From: an uncultured Desulfarculaceae bacterium
GTDB lineage: Bacteria > Desulfobacterota > Desulfocorpusculales > Desulfocorpusculum
DNA length: 64,000 nt
Direction of reading: 5' to 3'
NCBI GenBank assembly: GCA_964514105.1
Contig: CAZEPJ010000014.1
Coordinates: forward strand, 1,889 to 65,888
The translations under genes were made by a program, and so were the position numbers. The notes under the pieces were generated by a model that was not told the DNA's origin, made no database searches, and saw nothing but the letters and a program-made list of their open reading frames with translations. Positions 9,354-19,359 of this stretch are shown piece after piece. Every line of letters starts with the position of its first letter. Position 1 is the stretch's first letter.

Positions 9354-10726
9354 CTACATCTTGGGCTTTGGCAAGGCCGATATGTCCTTGAGGGCCCGCT
9401 CGATCTCGGCTTCGGGCAGGTCGTGGTCGGCCAGCCTGCCGTCCAGGAACGCCGAGTACGCCCCCATGTCCACGAGGCCGTGGCCGCTCCAGTTGAACAG
9501 GATGACCTTCTCCTTGCCCTCTTCCTTGGCCTTGTGGGCCTCGCGGATCACCACTGCGATGGCGTGGTCCGTCTCCGGGGCGCTGATGAACCCCTCCGTC
9601 CGGGCGAAGGTGATCCCGGCCTGGAAGGTCTCCATCTGGGGGACCGCCACGGGGGTCACGAGCCCGTCCATGACCAGCTGGCTCACGATGGGGGCCATGC
9701 CGTGGTATCGGAGCCCTCCCGCGTGGATGGGCTCGGGCACGAAGGTGTGCCCCAGGGTGTGCATGGGGAGCAGGGGGGTCATGCCCACGGTATCGCCGAA
9801 GTCATAGGCGAAGGGTCCCTTGGTCATGGTGGGGCAGGAGGCCGGCTCCACCGCGTAGACCGTGACCTGCTTGCCGCCGATCTTGTCGGCCACGTAAGGC
9901 AGGGCCAGGCCGGCGAAGTTGCTCCCGCCGCCGGCGCACCCGATGACCACGTCGGGGTACGCCCCCAGCTGGGCCATCTGCTTCTTGGCCTCCAGCCCGA
10001 TGATGGTCTGGTGCATGAGCACGTGGTTGAGGACGCTTCCCAGGGAATACTTGGAATTCTCCCCCTTGACGGCGGCCTCCACGGCCTCGCTGATGGCGAT
10101 GCCCAGGCTCCCCGGCGAGTCCGGGTTCTGGGCGAGGATCTTGCGACCCGCCTCGGTCTCGTTGCTGGGGCTGGGCGTGCAATTGGCCCCCCAGGTCTGC
10201 ATCATGACCCGGCGGTACGGCTTCTGCTCGTACGAGATGCGCACCATGAACACCTTGCACTCGAGCCCGAACAGGTTGCAGGCGAAGCTCAGCGCGCTCC
10301 CCCACTGGCCGGCGCCCGTCTCCGTGCACAGCCGCTTGATCCCCGAGACCTTGTTGTAGTACGCCTGAGGCACGGCGGTGTTGGGCTTGTGGCTGCCGGG
10401 CGGACTGACCCCCTCGTTCTTGAAGTAGATCTTGGCCGGGGTCTGAAGGAATCTCTCCAGACTCGTGGCCCGCACCAGGGGCGTGGGACGCCACAGGAGG
10501 TACTTCTCTAGGACGGCCTCGGGGATGTCGATCCACCGCTCGGGGCTCATCTCCTGCTCCAGGAGGGGCATGGGGAAGATGGGCGTCATGTCGTCGGGGC
10601 CCACGGGCTGGCCCGTCCCCGGGTGCAGCGGTGGCTGCATGCCGCGGGGAAGGTCGGGCAGGATGTTGTACCACTGTCTGGGGATCTCGTCTTCCTTGAG
10701 CAGGATCTTCTTGGCGCCGTCCATCG
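9354..10726 (-). CDS. trpB2: Tryptophan synthase beta-chain-like PLP-dependent enzyme, TrpB2 type
   Basis: RBS AAGGAGG before the ATG ([26 protein letters not shown]…). ~457 aa with TrpB2-like length and motifs (…GSHKPNTA…[10 protein letters not shown]…). No trpA is adjacent. Confidence 0.85.
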
Positions 10727-10751
10727 GTTCCACCCTCCTTTGGCTTGAGTT

Positions 10752-10787
10752 GAAAAAAAAAGACCGCGAGCTTGTTTCTCGCGGTCT
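10752..10787 (-). terminator. Rho-independent terminator on the minus strand, downstream of the LOG-family gene and just upstream of trpB2
   Basis: Perfect 10-bp stem AGACCGCGAG/CTCGCGGTCT with a 7-nt loop, followed on the minus strand by T9. Confidence 0.55.
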
Positions 10788-11133
10788 CAAGGGCCAGGCG
10801 AGCCCTGGGAGGCTCGCCATGCAACCGAGTCAGCAAATCAGCGGACCCTCGGTGTGCGCGCCTCACCCGCATGGGGGCCGCGCCACCACCAAAGGGCAGT
10901 CGCGAGGAGCTTCAGCTTCAGATCCATCATCAGCATAAATGACCCAATACCACAGGCGACATGAGGCTGTCAACAGACAAGAACGCCGGGCGGCAGCCCG
11001 ATCCGCCTTCGCTTCCCACCGTCGCGATCACCTCTCGGCCCCTCGCACGCGAAAGATGCCCTCCCTTTGGCGGCGAGCGGGACCACGTGCGCGCCGGCTG
11101 TGGGCACCCCGCCGCGCTGGCGCACGGGCCCGG

Positions 11134-12177
11134 TCAATGGCCGTCAGGCGCCCCATTGATCCGGTCGATGACCTGCCGGAGCCGCCCCGTGCGACGGCGA
11201 TCCAAGGCGAAGACGAGCCGGTGCAGCGAACCCAGCTCCGGATCCTCCTCCTCCCCGGCAATGGGACCCGGGACGAAGACGAACCGGCCCGATTCCAGGA
11301 TGTCCCCGAACTCCGAGTTCAACCGTCGGACAAACTCCGGGCAGATGGGGCGCGAGAGGCGCATCACCGTGCCCCCCTTGGTCTGACGCAGGGAATGGTA
11401 CACGCGGTAAAAGCCGCAGATCTCTTCGCAGGCCCGATCCACGTCGTCGGTGGCCAGGTAGAGATTGAGGTCTTCCTGGGAGATCATCCGCCGGCGGTGC
11501 AGTTGGGTTCGCACGAAACGGTCCCACGCCTTCCAGTAGCTCCCCCCGGGCCGATCCAAAAGGACGATGGGCATGGGGGCGTTCTTTCCCGTCTGCAGGA
11601 GGGTGAGGGCCTCGAAGACCTCGTCCATGGTGCCGAATCCCCCGGGGAAGCAGACCAGGGCGTGGGCCTCCTTGACGAACACCAGCTTGCGCGCGAAGAA
11701 GTAGCGAAAGGTCATCAGCTTGGGATCTCCGTTGATGACCGGGTTGGCCTGCTGTTCGAAAGGGACCCGGATGTTCACCCCGAAGCTCCGGTCCCGCCCT
11801 GCGCCCTCGTGGGCGGCTTCCATGACCCCGCCCCCCGCCCCGGTGATCACCATGAAGCCGCGGGACGCCATTTTCTCGCCGAAGGCCACCGCCTGGCGGT
11901 ACTCCGCCGACCCCTCCGTGGAACGGGCCGACCCGAACACGCTCACCTTCCGCATCCGGCGATACGGGGCGAAGATCTTGAAGGCGTGCCGGAGCTCCTT
12001 GATCGCCTTGTTGAGGACCTTGAGGTCTCCCCGATCCGCCTCGTCCCTGAGCAGGTTGAGGCTGGACTGAATCATCTCGGCCACCAGGTCCCTGTTTTCG
12101 CTTCCCTGGAACGGATCCAGGAGCGACTCCACGATGGGATCCGGCCTTGGACGACGGCGCGTCTCCATGGTCTGCAT
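11134..12177 (-). CDS. LOG-family protein (TIGR00730 Rossmann fold; cytokinin riboside 5'-monophosphate phosphoribohydrolase-like), long form
   Basis: LOG motifs …VFGSARS…GFMVITGAGGGVMEAAHEGA… and PGGFGTMDEVFEALTLLQTGK. Confidence 0.85.
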   Translation of the reverse strand: MQTMETRRRPRPDPIVESLLDPFQGSENRDLVAEMIQSSLNLLRDEADRGDLKVLNKAIKELRHAFKIFAPYRRMRKVSVFGSARSTEGSAEYRQAVAFGEKMASRGFMVITGAGGGVMEAAHEGAGRDRSFGVNIRVPFEQQANPVINGDPKLMTFRYFFARKLVFVKEAHALVCFPGGFGTMDEVFEALTLLQTGKNAPMPIVLLDRPGGSYWKAWDRFVRTQLHRRRMISQEDLNLYLATDDVDRACEEICGFYRVYHSLRQTKGGTVMRLSRPICPEFVRRLNSEFGDILESGRFVFVPGPIAGEEEDPELGSLHRLVFALDRRRTGRLRQVIDRINGAPDGH

Positions 12178-12419
12178 GCCTCCCGGGCCGGGCGAAAGAG
12201 CCCGGGGCCCTCGATCCTCAGGACAATCCTAAGGCCGAGCCGTCCGCAAGTCAAAACCCCCCGGCGGCCTCCGCCGTCACCGGTCGGATGCGGACGGCGT
12301 ATCCCCTCCGGACCTGAAACATGGGCGGTGGGCATCACGTTCCATTTGTCATTTGCGGCGAGCTGGGCTATGGTATGGGGCGTTCTGATCCAGGTCGGCA
12401 GGTCAGGGAGAGGGTGGAG

Positions 12420-13940
12420 ATGCCCAAGAAGATGCTCATCAACGCAGCCACCGAGGATGAGATCCGGGTGGCCATCGTGGAGGACGGCCACCTCCACGAG
12501 ATCGGCGTGGAGGCCTCGGGCCGGGGGCAGATCAGCGGGAACATCTACAAGGCCGTGGTGGTTCGCCTGGAGCCCAGCCTCAACGCGGCCTTCGTGGATT
12601 ACGGCGGGGAGAGGCACGGGTTTCTGCCCGCCGACGACGTCCATCCCAAGCACTACAAGGGGCAGGCCAGGAAGGAGGGCAACGGCCCGCTCCCCATCAA
12701 CAAGGCCTTGGAGAGGAACCAGCATTTGCTGGTCCAGGTCTCGCAGGACCCCCGGGGCCAGAAGGGAGCCCTCCTGACCACGTACATCTCATTCCCGGGT
12801 CGCTACCTGGTGCTCATGCCGTACAAGGCCAAGAACGGCGTGTCCCGGAAGATCCAGGACGAGGAGGAGCGCGAGCGGCTCAAGGCGATCCTGGATGAGA
12901 TCAATCCATCGGACGAGATGGGCTTCATCGCGCGAACGGCCTGCGAGGGCAAGGGAAAGAGCGAGATCCTCAAGGACGTGCGAACCCTGCGCCGGCTGTG
13001 GCAGGACATCGCCCAGAAGTCCAAGAAGGCCACGGCGCCGGCCCTCATCTACCAGGAGAGCAACCTGGCCATACGGACCATCCGGGACTACCTCTCCCCC
13101 GACGTGGACGAGATCCTCGTGGACAGCCCCGACCTCTATGTGCAGGTCCAGGATTTCTTCAAGGCCACCATGCCCAAACAGGCCAAGATGGTCAAGCTCC
13201 ACAAGGAGAAGGGGCCTCTCCTCAACAAGTACCAGATCGAGGAGCAGATCGAGTCCGTTTACGAGCGCAGGGTGCGGCTGAAGTCCGGCGGGACCATCGT
13301 GGTGGATCCCACCGAGGCCCTGGTCTCCATCGACGTGAACACGGGCAAGACGGCCATCCGGGAAGACCCCGAGACCACCGCCTTCAAGACCAATCTGGAG
13401 GCGGCCGAGGAGATCGCGCGCCAGCTTCGCCTGAGGGATCTGGGCGGGCTCATCGTCATCGACTTCATCGATATGGAGAGCCGCAAGCACCGGTCCGATG
13501 TGGAGAAGGCCCTCAAGGACGCATTCAAGAGGGACAAGGCCCGGGTTCGGACGGGGCGCATCTCCCAGTTCGGGCTGCTGGAGATGTCCCGACAGCGCCT
13601 GAAGCCCACCCTGGAGTCCCACGCCTACGACGTCTGCCCGGGCTGCCGCGGAAGCGGAAAGGTCAAATCGGCCGAGGCCCAGGCCCTTCAAATCTTCCGT
13701 CGGATCCAGGGGGCCGCCGTCAAGGGAAACCTGGTCCGGGTGGAGGGGGAGATCCCCCTGGACACGGCGCGCTATCTCCTCAACGACATGCGGGCCGATC
13801 TTGCCGCACTGGAGAAGGACCTGGGCGTCAAGGTCCGGCTGGGCATCCAGCCCACGGCCCTCCCCCAGGACGCCCGCCTCAAACTGGTGCGCAGCAGGAA
13901 GGGTGGTGAGGGGGAGTCCGTGGAAGACGTCTCGCTCTGA
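12420..13940 (+). CDS. rng: Ribonuclease E/G family protein, Rng-like, ~506 aa
   Basis: S1 domain plus the RNase E/G catalytic core (MPKKMLINAATEDEIRVAIVEDGHLHEI…, DSPDLYV…, GGLIVIDFIDM, zinc-link CPGCRGSG). The ATG at 12420 follows GGAGAGGGTGGAG. Confidence 0.85.
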   Translation: MPKKMLINAATEDEIRVAIVEDGHLHEIGVEASGRGQISGNIYKAVVVRLEPSLNAAFVDYGGERHGFLPADDVHPKHYKGQARKEGNGPLPINKALERNQHLLVQVSQDPRGQKGALLTTYISFPGRYLVLMPYKAKNGVSRKIQDEEERERLKAILDEINPSDEMGFIARTACEGKGKSEILKDVRTLRRLWQDIAQKSKKATAPALIYQESNLAIRTIRDYLSPDVDEILVDSPDLYVQVQDFFKATMPKQAKMVKLHKEKGPLLNKYQIEEQIESVYERRVRLKSGGTIVVDPTEALVSIDVNTGKTAIREDPETTAFKTNLEAAEEIARQLRLRDLGGLIVIDFIDMESRKHRSDVEKALKDAFKRDKARVRTGRISQFGLLEMSRQRLKPTLESHAYDVCPGCRGSGKVKSAEAQALQIFRRIQGAAVKGNLVRVEGEIPLDTARYLLNDMRADLAALEKDLGVKVRLGIQPTALPQDARLKLVRSRKGGEGESVEDVSL

Positions 13941-14768
13941 GTGCTCGACCCCATGCCCGTCATCCCCATCCGCATCCCCTTCCATCGCTGGGAGATCGCC
14001 GGCCATCTGCACCGCCCGTCGCCGGCGCCCGAACTCCCCTGCGTGATCCTCTGCCACGGCCTCCTGAGTTCCATGGAAAGCCCCAAGTTCCGCCTCCTGG
14101 CCGAGGCCCTCACCGGCCGGGGCATGGCCGCCCTGAGGTTCGATTTCCTGGGGTGCGGCGCCAGCACGGGCCACCTGCGGGACACCACGGTCTCCCGGAG
14201 ACTGGATGAGCTGCGGGCGGTGTTGGGTTTCCTCCGCCGGGATCTGGGAATCCAAGGCCCCCTGGGGCTTCTGGGAAGCAGCATGGGGGGGTTCATATCC
14301 CTTCTGGCCTTCGCCGGGGGCCGGGACATCGACGCCATCTGCGTGTGGGCCACCCCGTTCGATCCCCAAGGGCTCTCCCGGCTCCGGGCGCACCCCGATC
14401 TGGCCGGCCTGGGGCCAGCGTTCTTCGAGGATCTGGCGACACACCACCTGGCGCGCTTGTCCCCCCGCATCCACCATCTCATGGTGCTCCACGGGGAGAA
14501 GGACGAGATCGTCCCCCAGGACCACGCCCGGCGGCTGTTCGCGTGCGCCTCAGCGCCCAAGTCGCTTGGCATCTTCCCCGGGGGGGACCATCGGTTCACC
14601 GACCCCGGCCATCGCCGGCAAGCCGCCGACTTGAGCCTGCAATGGCTGGCCCGCTTCCTCTTTCATCCGGGGGGCGGGCGGGGCTCACGAGCTCTCCTTG
14701 AGGAAACGCTGGAGAAACTCCCCGTCGCTGGGCGAGAGGTTGAACTTGACGCATGCCTCCTCGATTAG
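13941..14768 (+). CDS. Alpha/beta-fold hydrolase
   Basis: Nucleophile elbow GSSMGG, with Asp in HGEKDEIVP and His in GGDHRF. The GTG at 13941 directly follows the rng stop. The C-terminal ~25 aa overlap a small ORF on the opposite strand. Confidence 0.7.
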   Translation: MLDPMPVIPIRIPFHRWEIAGHLHRPSPAPELPCVILCHGLLSSMESPKFRLLAEALTGRGMAALRFDFLGCGASTGHLRDTTVSRRLDELRAVLGFLRRDLGIQGPLGLLGSSMGGFISLLAFAGGRDIDAICVWATPFDPQGLSRLRAHPDLAGLGPAFFEDLATHHLARLSPRIHHLMVLHGEKDEIVPQDHARRLFACASAPKSLGIFPGGDHRFTDPGHRRQAADLSLQWLARFLFHPGGGRGSRALLEETLEKLPVAGREVELDACLLD

Positions 14769-14870
14769 CTTGAAGCCCGGCGGGCAGCCCGGCTCCTGCC
14801 GCCTCTCGGAGATCCATTTCACGGCCTTGCGGATGGCCTCCCCCTGCGGTTGCAGCTCGCTCACGAGTCA
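14691..14870 (-). CDS. Small hypothetical ORF of 59 aa, not in the supplied ORF track
   Basis: GTG start preceded by GGGAGAGG (5 nt) and an in-frame TGA just upstream. Encodes VSELQPQGEAIRKAVKWISERRQEPGCPPGFKLIEEACVKFNLSPSDGEFLQRFLKESS. It overlaps the hydrolase 3' end in antisense. Confidence 0.3.
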
Positions 14871-15032
14871 CCTCTCCCGTCTGCTTTGACGCCGTGCACA
14901 ACGCACTTGTGTCCACCATAGCACGAAGACCAGGCGTGGGGAACGGCGCCGGCGGCCTTGCCGCAGACATGCTGGCGCCGTATCCTTGCAATGGGGCGAG
15001 GAAGACCGGCTTGCGCGGACGGAGGACGCATC

Positions 15033-15719
15033 GTGACCAAGAAAGAGACGTTGCACATGCTGGCCGTCATGGCCCATCCCGATGACGCAGAGGTCTGGGC
15101 CGGGGGCACCCTGGCCAAGTTCGTCGACCGGGGCCACCGGGCCCATATCGCCGTCATGACCTATGGCCCCCACGATCCCCGCGGCGTGGAGGCGTTGGCC
15201 GGCGCCGCCAGACTGGGGGCCACGGTCGATCTCCTGGGGCTGCGGGACACCGCCGTTCGCGATACGGACGAGGCGGCGGATCGACTGATGGCGGTGCTGG
15301 AACGGGAAATCCCCCGGATTGTCATCGTCCACAACCCCGACGATTCCCATCCGGACCACGAGGCCAGCTTTCTGGTGGCCCGTCGGGCGCTCATCCGCTG
15401 GTATGCGGGACCGCACCGCCCCCCGGCCATCCCCTCGGTGTACGCAGCGGGTACGTACCGGGGCATGGGCCTGCGGGGGCCCGTGGAGCTGGACACCTTC
15501 GTGGACGTCTCCCAGCAGTGGGACCGGAAGGCCCATGCCCTCCTGGCCCACGCGAGCCAGGGGCCCGAGCGATGGCTCCCCAGGCAGAAGGTCGCCCTCC
15601 AGGCCATGGGCGCAAGGGCGGGCTGCGAGCTGGCCGAGGGGTTTCGCCGCCTGGTGCTGTTCAGCGAGCCCGGCAGCCTTCCCCACCTGGACCCTGCCCT
15701 GCTTTGCGGCGAGGGATGA
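15033..15719 (+). CDS. PIG-L / LmbE-family N-acetylglucosaminyl deacetylase
   Basis: Zn-binding motifs AHPDDAE and HPDH. GTG start with GGAGG 7 nt upstream. Confidence 0.75.
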   Translation: MTKKETLHMLAVMAHPDDAEVWAGGTLAKFVDRGHRAHIAVMTYGPHDPRGVEALAGAARLGATVDLLGLRDTAVRDTDEAADRLMAVLEREIPRIVIVHNPDDSHPDHEASFLVARRALIRWYAGPHRPPAIPSVYAAGTYRGMGLRGPVELDTFVDVSQQWDRKAHALLAHASQGPERWLPRQKVALQAMGARAGCELAEGFRRLVLFSEPGSLPHLDPALLCGEG

Positions 15720-15835
15720 CTCGGCCCGGAAGCGCCCGGGGGTCGGGTGCGACCGCCGCCCGGGCGCGCCTTGAGGGGCGGCGGCCGTTGTGCTATAAGT
15801 GGCGCTGCCATCCAGCCAGCAAAGGGGGCGGGTCC

Positions 15836-16294
15836 ATGTCGCTGAGGATCGACAAGGTGAGGCGGGGGGCCGAGATCTTCCTGACCGACGGCAGCCGCCT
15901 GGCGGGGACGTTCTTTCTGTCTCCGAACTCTCCCACCAGACCCGGCGGGGAACGGGTGAGCGAACTCCTCTCGGGGCGGACCCCCTTTCTGCCGTTTCAC
16001 CTCAGGGACGGCGACGTGGTCTTCGTGCAGAAGGAGGCCATGTCCCGGGTCCTGCTGGAACAGCGGGAAGTGGATGAGAATCTGCCCTATCTCCAGAAGG
16101 CCGGCGTCCTCGTCCACCTCCTGTCCGGAGAGACCCTGGAGGGGAGCGTGTACCTGGACCTCCCCCAGGATCGCTCCCGCCTGTCCGATTTCCTCAACCA
16201 GTGCCTCGGGTTCTTCTACCTGGAGGCCGGCGACGCCCAGTATTTGGTCAACCCCAGCTGCGTGAAGATGGTCCGCCCCGCGGGCGGGCGCTGA
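15836..16294 (+). CDS. Hypothetical protein of 152 aa with an internal two-fold repeat
   Basis: ATG after AAAGGGGGCGGG. The two halves share the pattern G(T/S)(F/V)(F/Y)L…FL.F…D…(F/L)V. No family assignment. Confidence 0.5.
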   Translation: MSLRIDKVRRGAEIFLTDGSRLAGTFFLSPNSPTRPGGERVSELLSGRTPFLPFHLRDGDVVFVQKEAMSRVLLEQREVDENLPYLQKAGVLVHLLSGETLEGSVYLDLPQDRSRLSDFLNQCLGFFYLEAGDAQYLVNPSCVKMVRPAGGR

Positions 16295-16330
16295 GGGCAG
16301 CCCGCGGGGCCCGCCCCCCTGCCTCCCGCC

Positions 16331-17407
16331 TCACGCCCAGACCTCCGGCGGCTCCTTGAGGAACTGTGCGAACTTCTCCTTGTCCATGGCCTTGCTGTAC
16401 GCCTCCTCGGCGTCGATCCACTTCTTGTTGAGGAGGCCCAGGATCGTATCGTCCATGGTCTGCATGCCGTACTTCTTCCCGGTCTGGATGACCGAGGTAA
16501 TCTGGTAGGTCTTGGCCTCGCGAATGAGGTTTGCGACCGCCGGCGTCACCACCATCATCTCCAGGGCCGCACATCGGCCCTTGGTGTCCCGCCGTTTGAA
16601 CAGGGTCTGGCAGATCACCGCCTTGAGGGTCTCGGAGAGGGAAACACGAATCTGGGGTTGCTGCTCCGACGGAAACACGTCGATGATGCGGTCCACGGTC
16701 TTGGTGGCGCTCTGGGTGTGAAGGGTGGAGAAGACCAGGTGTCCCGTGGCCGCGGCCTCCAGCGCCAGGGCGATGGTCTCCAGGTCTCGCATCTCCCCCA
16801 CCAGGATGATGTCGGGGTCCTCTCGAAGGGCCGCCCGCAGGGCCGTGGCAAAGGAACGGGTGTGCGCCCCCACCTCCCGGTGGCTGATGTGGCAGCCCTG
16901 ACTCTTGTGCACGAACTCGATGGGGTCCTCCACGGTGATCACGTGGTCCCGGCGGTTCTTGTTGGCATGATCGATGATGGCGGCCAGGGTGGTGGATTTT
17001 CCGCTGCCCGTGGGGCCGGTCACCAGGACCAATCCCTTGTCCAGCATGGCCAGCTTCTTGAGAAGGGGAGGGAGCCCCATGTCGTCAATGGTCTGGATCT
17101 TGCTTGGAATGACCCGGAAGACCGCCCCCACCCCGTGTTTCTGCACATAGTAATTGGCCCGAAACCGGGCCACGCCCGGGATCTCGTACCCGAAATCCAG
17201 GTCCCCCGTCTCCTGGAAGGCCTTGACCTTCTCCTCGGGGGTGATCTCGAAGAGCATGGCCCGCAGCTCCTCGTCATCCAGGGTCTTGTACTTGATCCGT
17301 TCCAACTCCCCGCGGATCCGCAGGATGGGCTGGGCCCCGGTCTCCAGGTGGAGATCCGACGCGCCGTGATCCAGCATGAGCTTGAAGAAGGCGTCGATCT
17401 TGGCCAT
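16331..17407 (-). CDS. pilT: Type IV pilus twitching-motility ATPase PilT
   Basis: Begins MAKIDAFFKLMLDHGASDLHL. Walker A GPTGSGKSTT, and the …VGEMRDLETI… and …TLHT… motifs. Confidence 0.9.
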   Translation of the reverse strand: MAKIDAFFKLMLDHGASDLHLETGAQPILRIRGELERIKYKTLDDEELRAMLFEITPEEKVKAFQETGDLDFGYEIPGVARFRANYYVQKHGVGAVFRVIPSKIQTIDDMGLPPLLKKLAMLDKGLVLVTGPTGSGKSTTLAAIIDHANKNRRDHVITVEDPIEFVHKSQGCHISHREVGAHTRSFATALRAALREDPDIILVGEMRDLETIALALEAAATGHLVFSTLHTQSATKTVDRIIDVFPSEQQPQIRVSLSETLKAVICQTLFKRRDTKGRCAALEMMVVTPAVANLIREAKTYQITSVIQTGKKYGMQTMDDTILGLLNKKWIDAEEAYSKAMDKEKFAQFLKEPPEVWA

Positions 17408-17615
17408 GGTGGGGGCCCTCCAGAAACCCGGTCCGCCGACGGGAAGAGATTGTGCCTCGTGCAGCGGTCGCGGTCAAGGGGTCGCGGGGCGGCGGGCCCC
17501 TTGGCGACCCTCGATTCTACACAAGGGCCCGGCGCCGGGCGATGGACGGGGAGGACCGGAGGGTCGTTGCGCCGCCCCGGGCTCAGGGACTACCATACGG
17601 GGCGGGGGGGTGCAC

Positions 17616-18260
17616 ATGTTCAAGATCGACCTGCACGTTCACACCGCGTTGGGCGGCGACTCCCTACTGGATCCCCGGGAATTGGTCCCTCTGGCGCGCG
17701 CTGCGGGGCTGGACGCCCTGTGCGTCACCGAGCACCATTCGTTCTTCCTCAGCCAACCGCTGGAGGAGATCCACCGGGAGGCCGGCTTCCCCATCTTTCG
17801 CGGCCTGGAGTACCACGCCGCCGAGGGGCACCTGCTGGTCTTCGGCGTGAAGGCGGGGCCCGCCGATCTCCCCCGCAACCTTCCCATGCAGGAGGCGGTC
17901 CACTGGGTGAACGGGCGAGGCGGGGTGGCGGTCCCGGCGCACCCGTATCAGAGGGACCTCCTGGGCGGGGCCCTGGGAGATCGGGTGCTGGGGCTGCGGG
18001 GCTTGACGGCCCTGGAAACCATCAACGGAAGCCTGTCCGTCGAGGATAACCGCAGGGCCATGGACGCGGCCGCCCGACTGGGCGTCGCCGGCATCGGAGG
18101 CTCCGATGCCCACGGCCCGGGGGTCCTGGGCCGGGCCTTCACCGGATTCCCCGAGCCCTTCCGGACCATGGATGGACTGCTGGGAGCCCTGCGCGCGGGA
18201 CGCTTCTTTCCGACGTGGAACGGGCGCTGGGGCCGTGGGGCTGGGCCCCCCCCTCCCTGA
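17616..18260 (+). CDS. PHP (polymerase/histidinol phosphatase) domain-containing protein
   Basis: Begins MFKIDLHVHTALGGDS, with conserved His motifs (CVTEHH, PAHPY, GGSDAHG). Confidence 0.75.
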   Translation: MFKIDLHVHTALGGDSLLDPRELVPLARAAGLDALCVTEHHSFFLSQPLEEIHREAGFPIFRGLEYHAAEGHLLVFGVKAGPADLPRNLPMQEAVHWVNGRGGVAVPAHPYQRDLLGGALGDRVLGLRGLTALETINGSLSVEDNRRAMDAAARLGVAGIGGSDAHGPGVLGRAFTGFPEPFRTMDGLLGALRAGRFFPTWNGRWGRGAGPPPP

Positions 18261-18329
18261 ATGGTCAGGTGGACTGACGCCCTCGGCTGGGGTCATCCGT
18301 CGCCCCTCAGGGCCGCCGCGGGCGGCCCG

Positions 18330-19109
18330 CTACGGACGTCCTTTGCCGCCCGGGCGCCTCCCGGGCCCGCCGTAGCCCGCATAGGCCTGCGCGATCTCCA
18401 GGAAGCGCCTGGCCTCATCCCCGGCCACCTCCAGGGCCGTATCCGTCCAGTGACGCCTTCGGACGGCCACCCGGCAGAAATCCCCTGCCGCCCCGCAGAT
18501 CCGTTGGGTACTGTCCTCGGGCCCCTGGGTCCAGCGCGTCCCCGAGGGGAGGGTGAGCTCCAGCCTGGGCACCTCCGGGGGAAGGGGGATGCCGTTGATC
18601 TGATAGGCCCAGGGCCGAGCCAGAAAGGCCAGCAGCGCCACATGGCGCAGGCGGTCCGTGTCCTCGGGCGCGACCCCCACCGCATCGAAACAGTCCAGGC
18701 CGTGGGCCCAGGTCTCCATGAGGCGGGCCGTGGCGAAGGCCCTGGCTCCCATGGGCATGGCAAACCAGGGGAGCCGCTCCTTGGGGTCTCGCCTGGCGAG
18801 CTCCTCCAGCTCCACGCGGCGCGCATCCCGCCACCAGGACAGGACGCCGGCCGGGTCCATGGCCCGCCCCCGCTCCAGCCCCAGGTCGTTGAACCCCATC
18901 AGCACCTTGCGGGCCACATCGAACGGGGTTTGGTCCCCGCGCATGACCTGAACGGCCACCCCATCGATGTGGGCCAGATGGGAGATGCAATCCCTCACGG
19001 ACCACCCCTCCGCCGGCGTGGGGAGTTCCCACTGGGCATGGCTCAACCCGCTCACCAAGGCATCCAGCGCCTCCTGCTCCGCCTTGAGATCCTCCAGGAT
19101 CTCCCTCAT
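18330..19109 (-). CDS. DinB/YfiT-like protein (mycothiol maleylpyruvate isomerase N-terminal-domain family)
   Basis: RBS AGGAGG 9 nt before the ATG (MREILEDLKAEQEALDALVSGLSHAQWELPTPAEGWSVRDCISHLAHID…). The family assignment is from memory and moderately certain. Confidence 0.55.
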   Translation of the reverse strand: MREILEDLKAEQEALDALVSGLSHAQWELPTPAEGWSVRDCISHLAHIDGVAVQVMRGDQTPFDVARKVLMGFNDLGLERGRAMDPAGVLSWWRDARRVELEELARRDPKERLPWFAMPMGARAFATARLMETWAHGLDCFDAVGVAPEDTDRLRHVALLAFLARPWAYQINGIPLPPEVPRLELTLPSGTRWTQGPEDSTQRICGAAGDFCRVAVRRRHWTDTALEVAGDEARRFLEIAQAYAGYGGPGRRPGGKGRP

Positions 19110-19139
19110 GGCGTCACCCCTCCTGCCCCCCCGCCCAAT

Positions 19140-19265
19140 CGTGATTGGCGGGTCGTGTCGTGGAAGATCGTCGGGCGTTGGGCGTGTGCGCGGTTCATGT
19201 GGACGTCGGACGCCCCGCCCCGTGGAACCCGACGAACCCATGGACCCGGGCAACCCAAGCAACCC
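19140..19265. repeat. Copy A, the most diverged, of a ~130-bp intergenic repeat element
   Basis: Shares the CGTGATTGGCG start, an internal GTTGGGCG, and the AACCCAAGCAACCC end with copies at 49898-50033 and 52712-52830. It lies 31 nt upstream of the minus-strand start at 19109. Confidence 0.4.
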
Positions 19266-19359
19266 AATTAACCCGCCAAGCCCGTGTCACCCCCTTCCCG
19301 GTCCACCCCTTCCCCACTCCCGCTCCGTTGCCGGTTGCCCGTTGCCTGCCGCCTGCCCC

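Noticed and set aside
15836-16294. PilZ-domain assignment for the hypothetical protein next to pilT
   Set aside because: The RR…DGS…G pattern is superficially similar, but the spacing does not fit the RxxxR / DxSxGG PilZ motifs. It is left as hypothetical.
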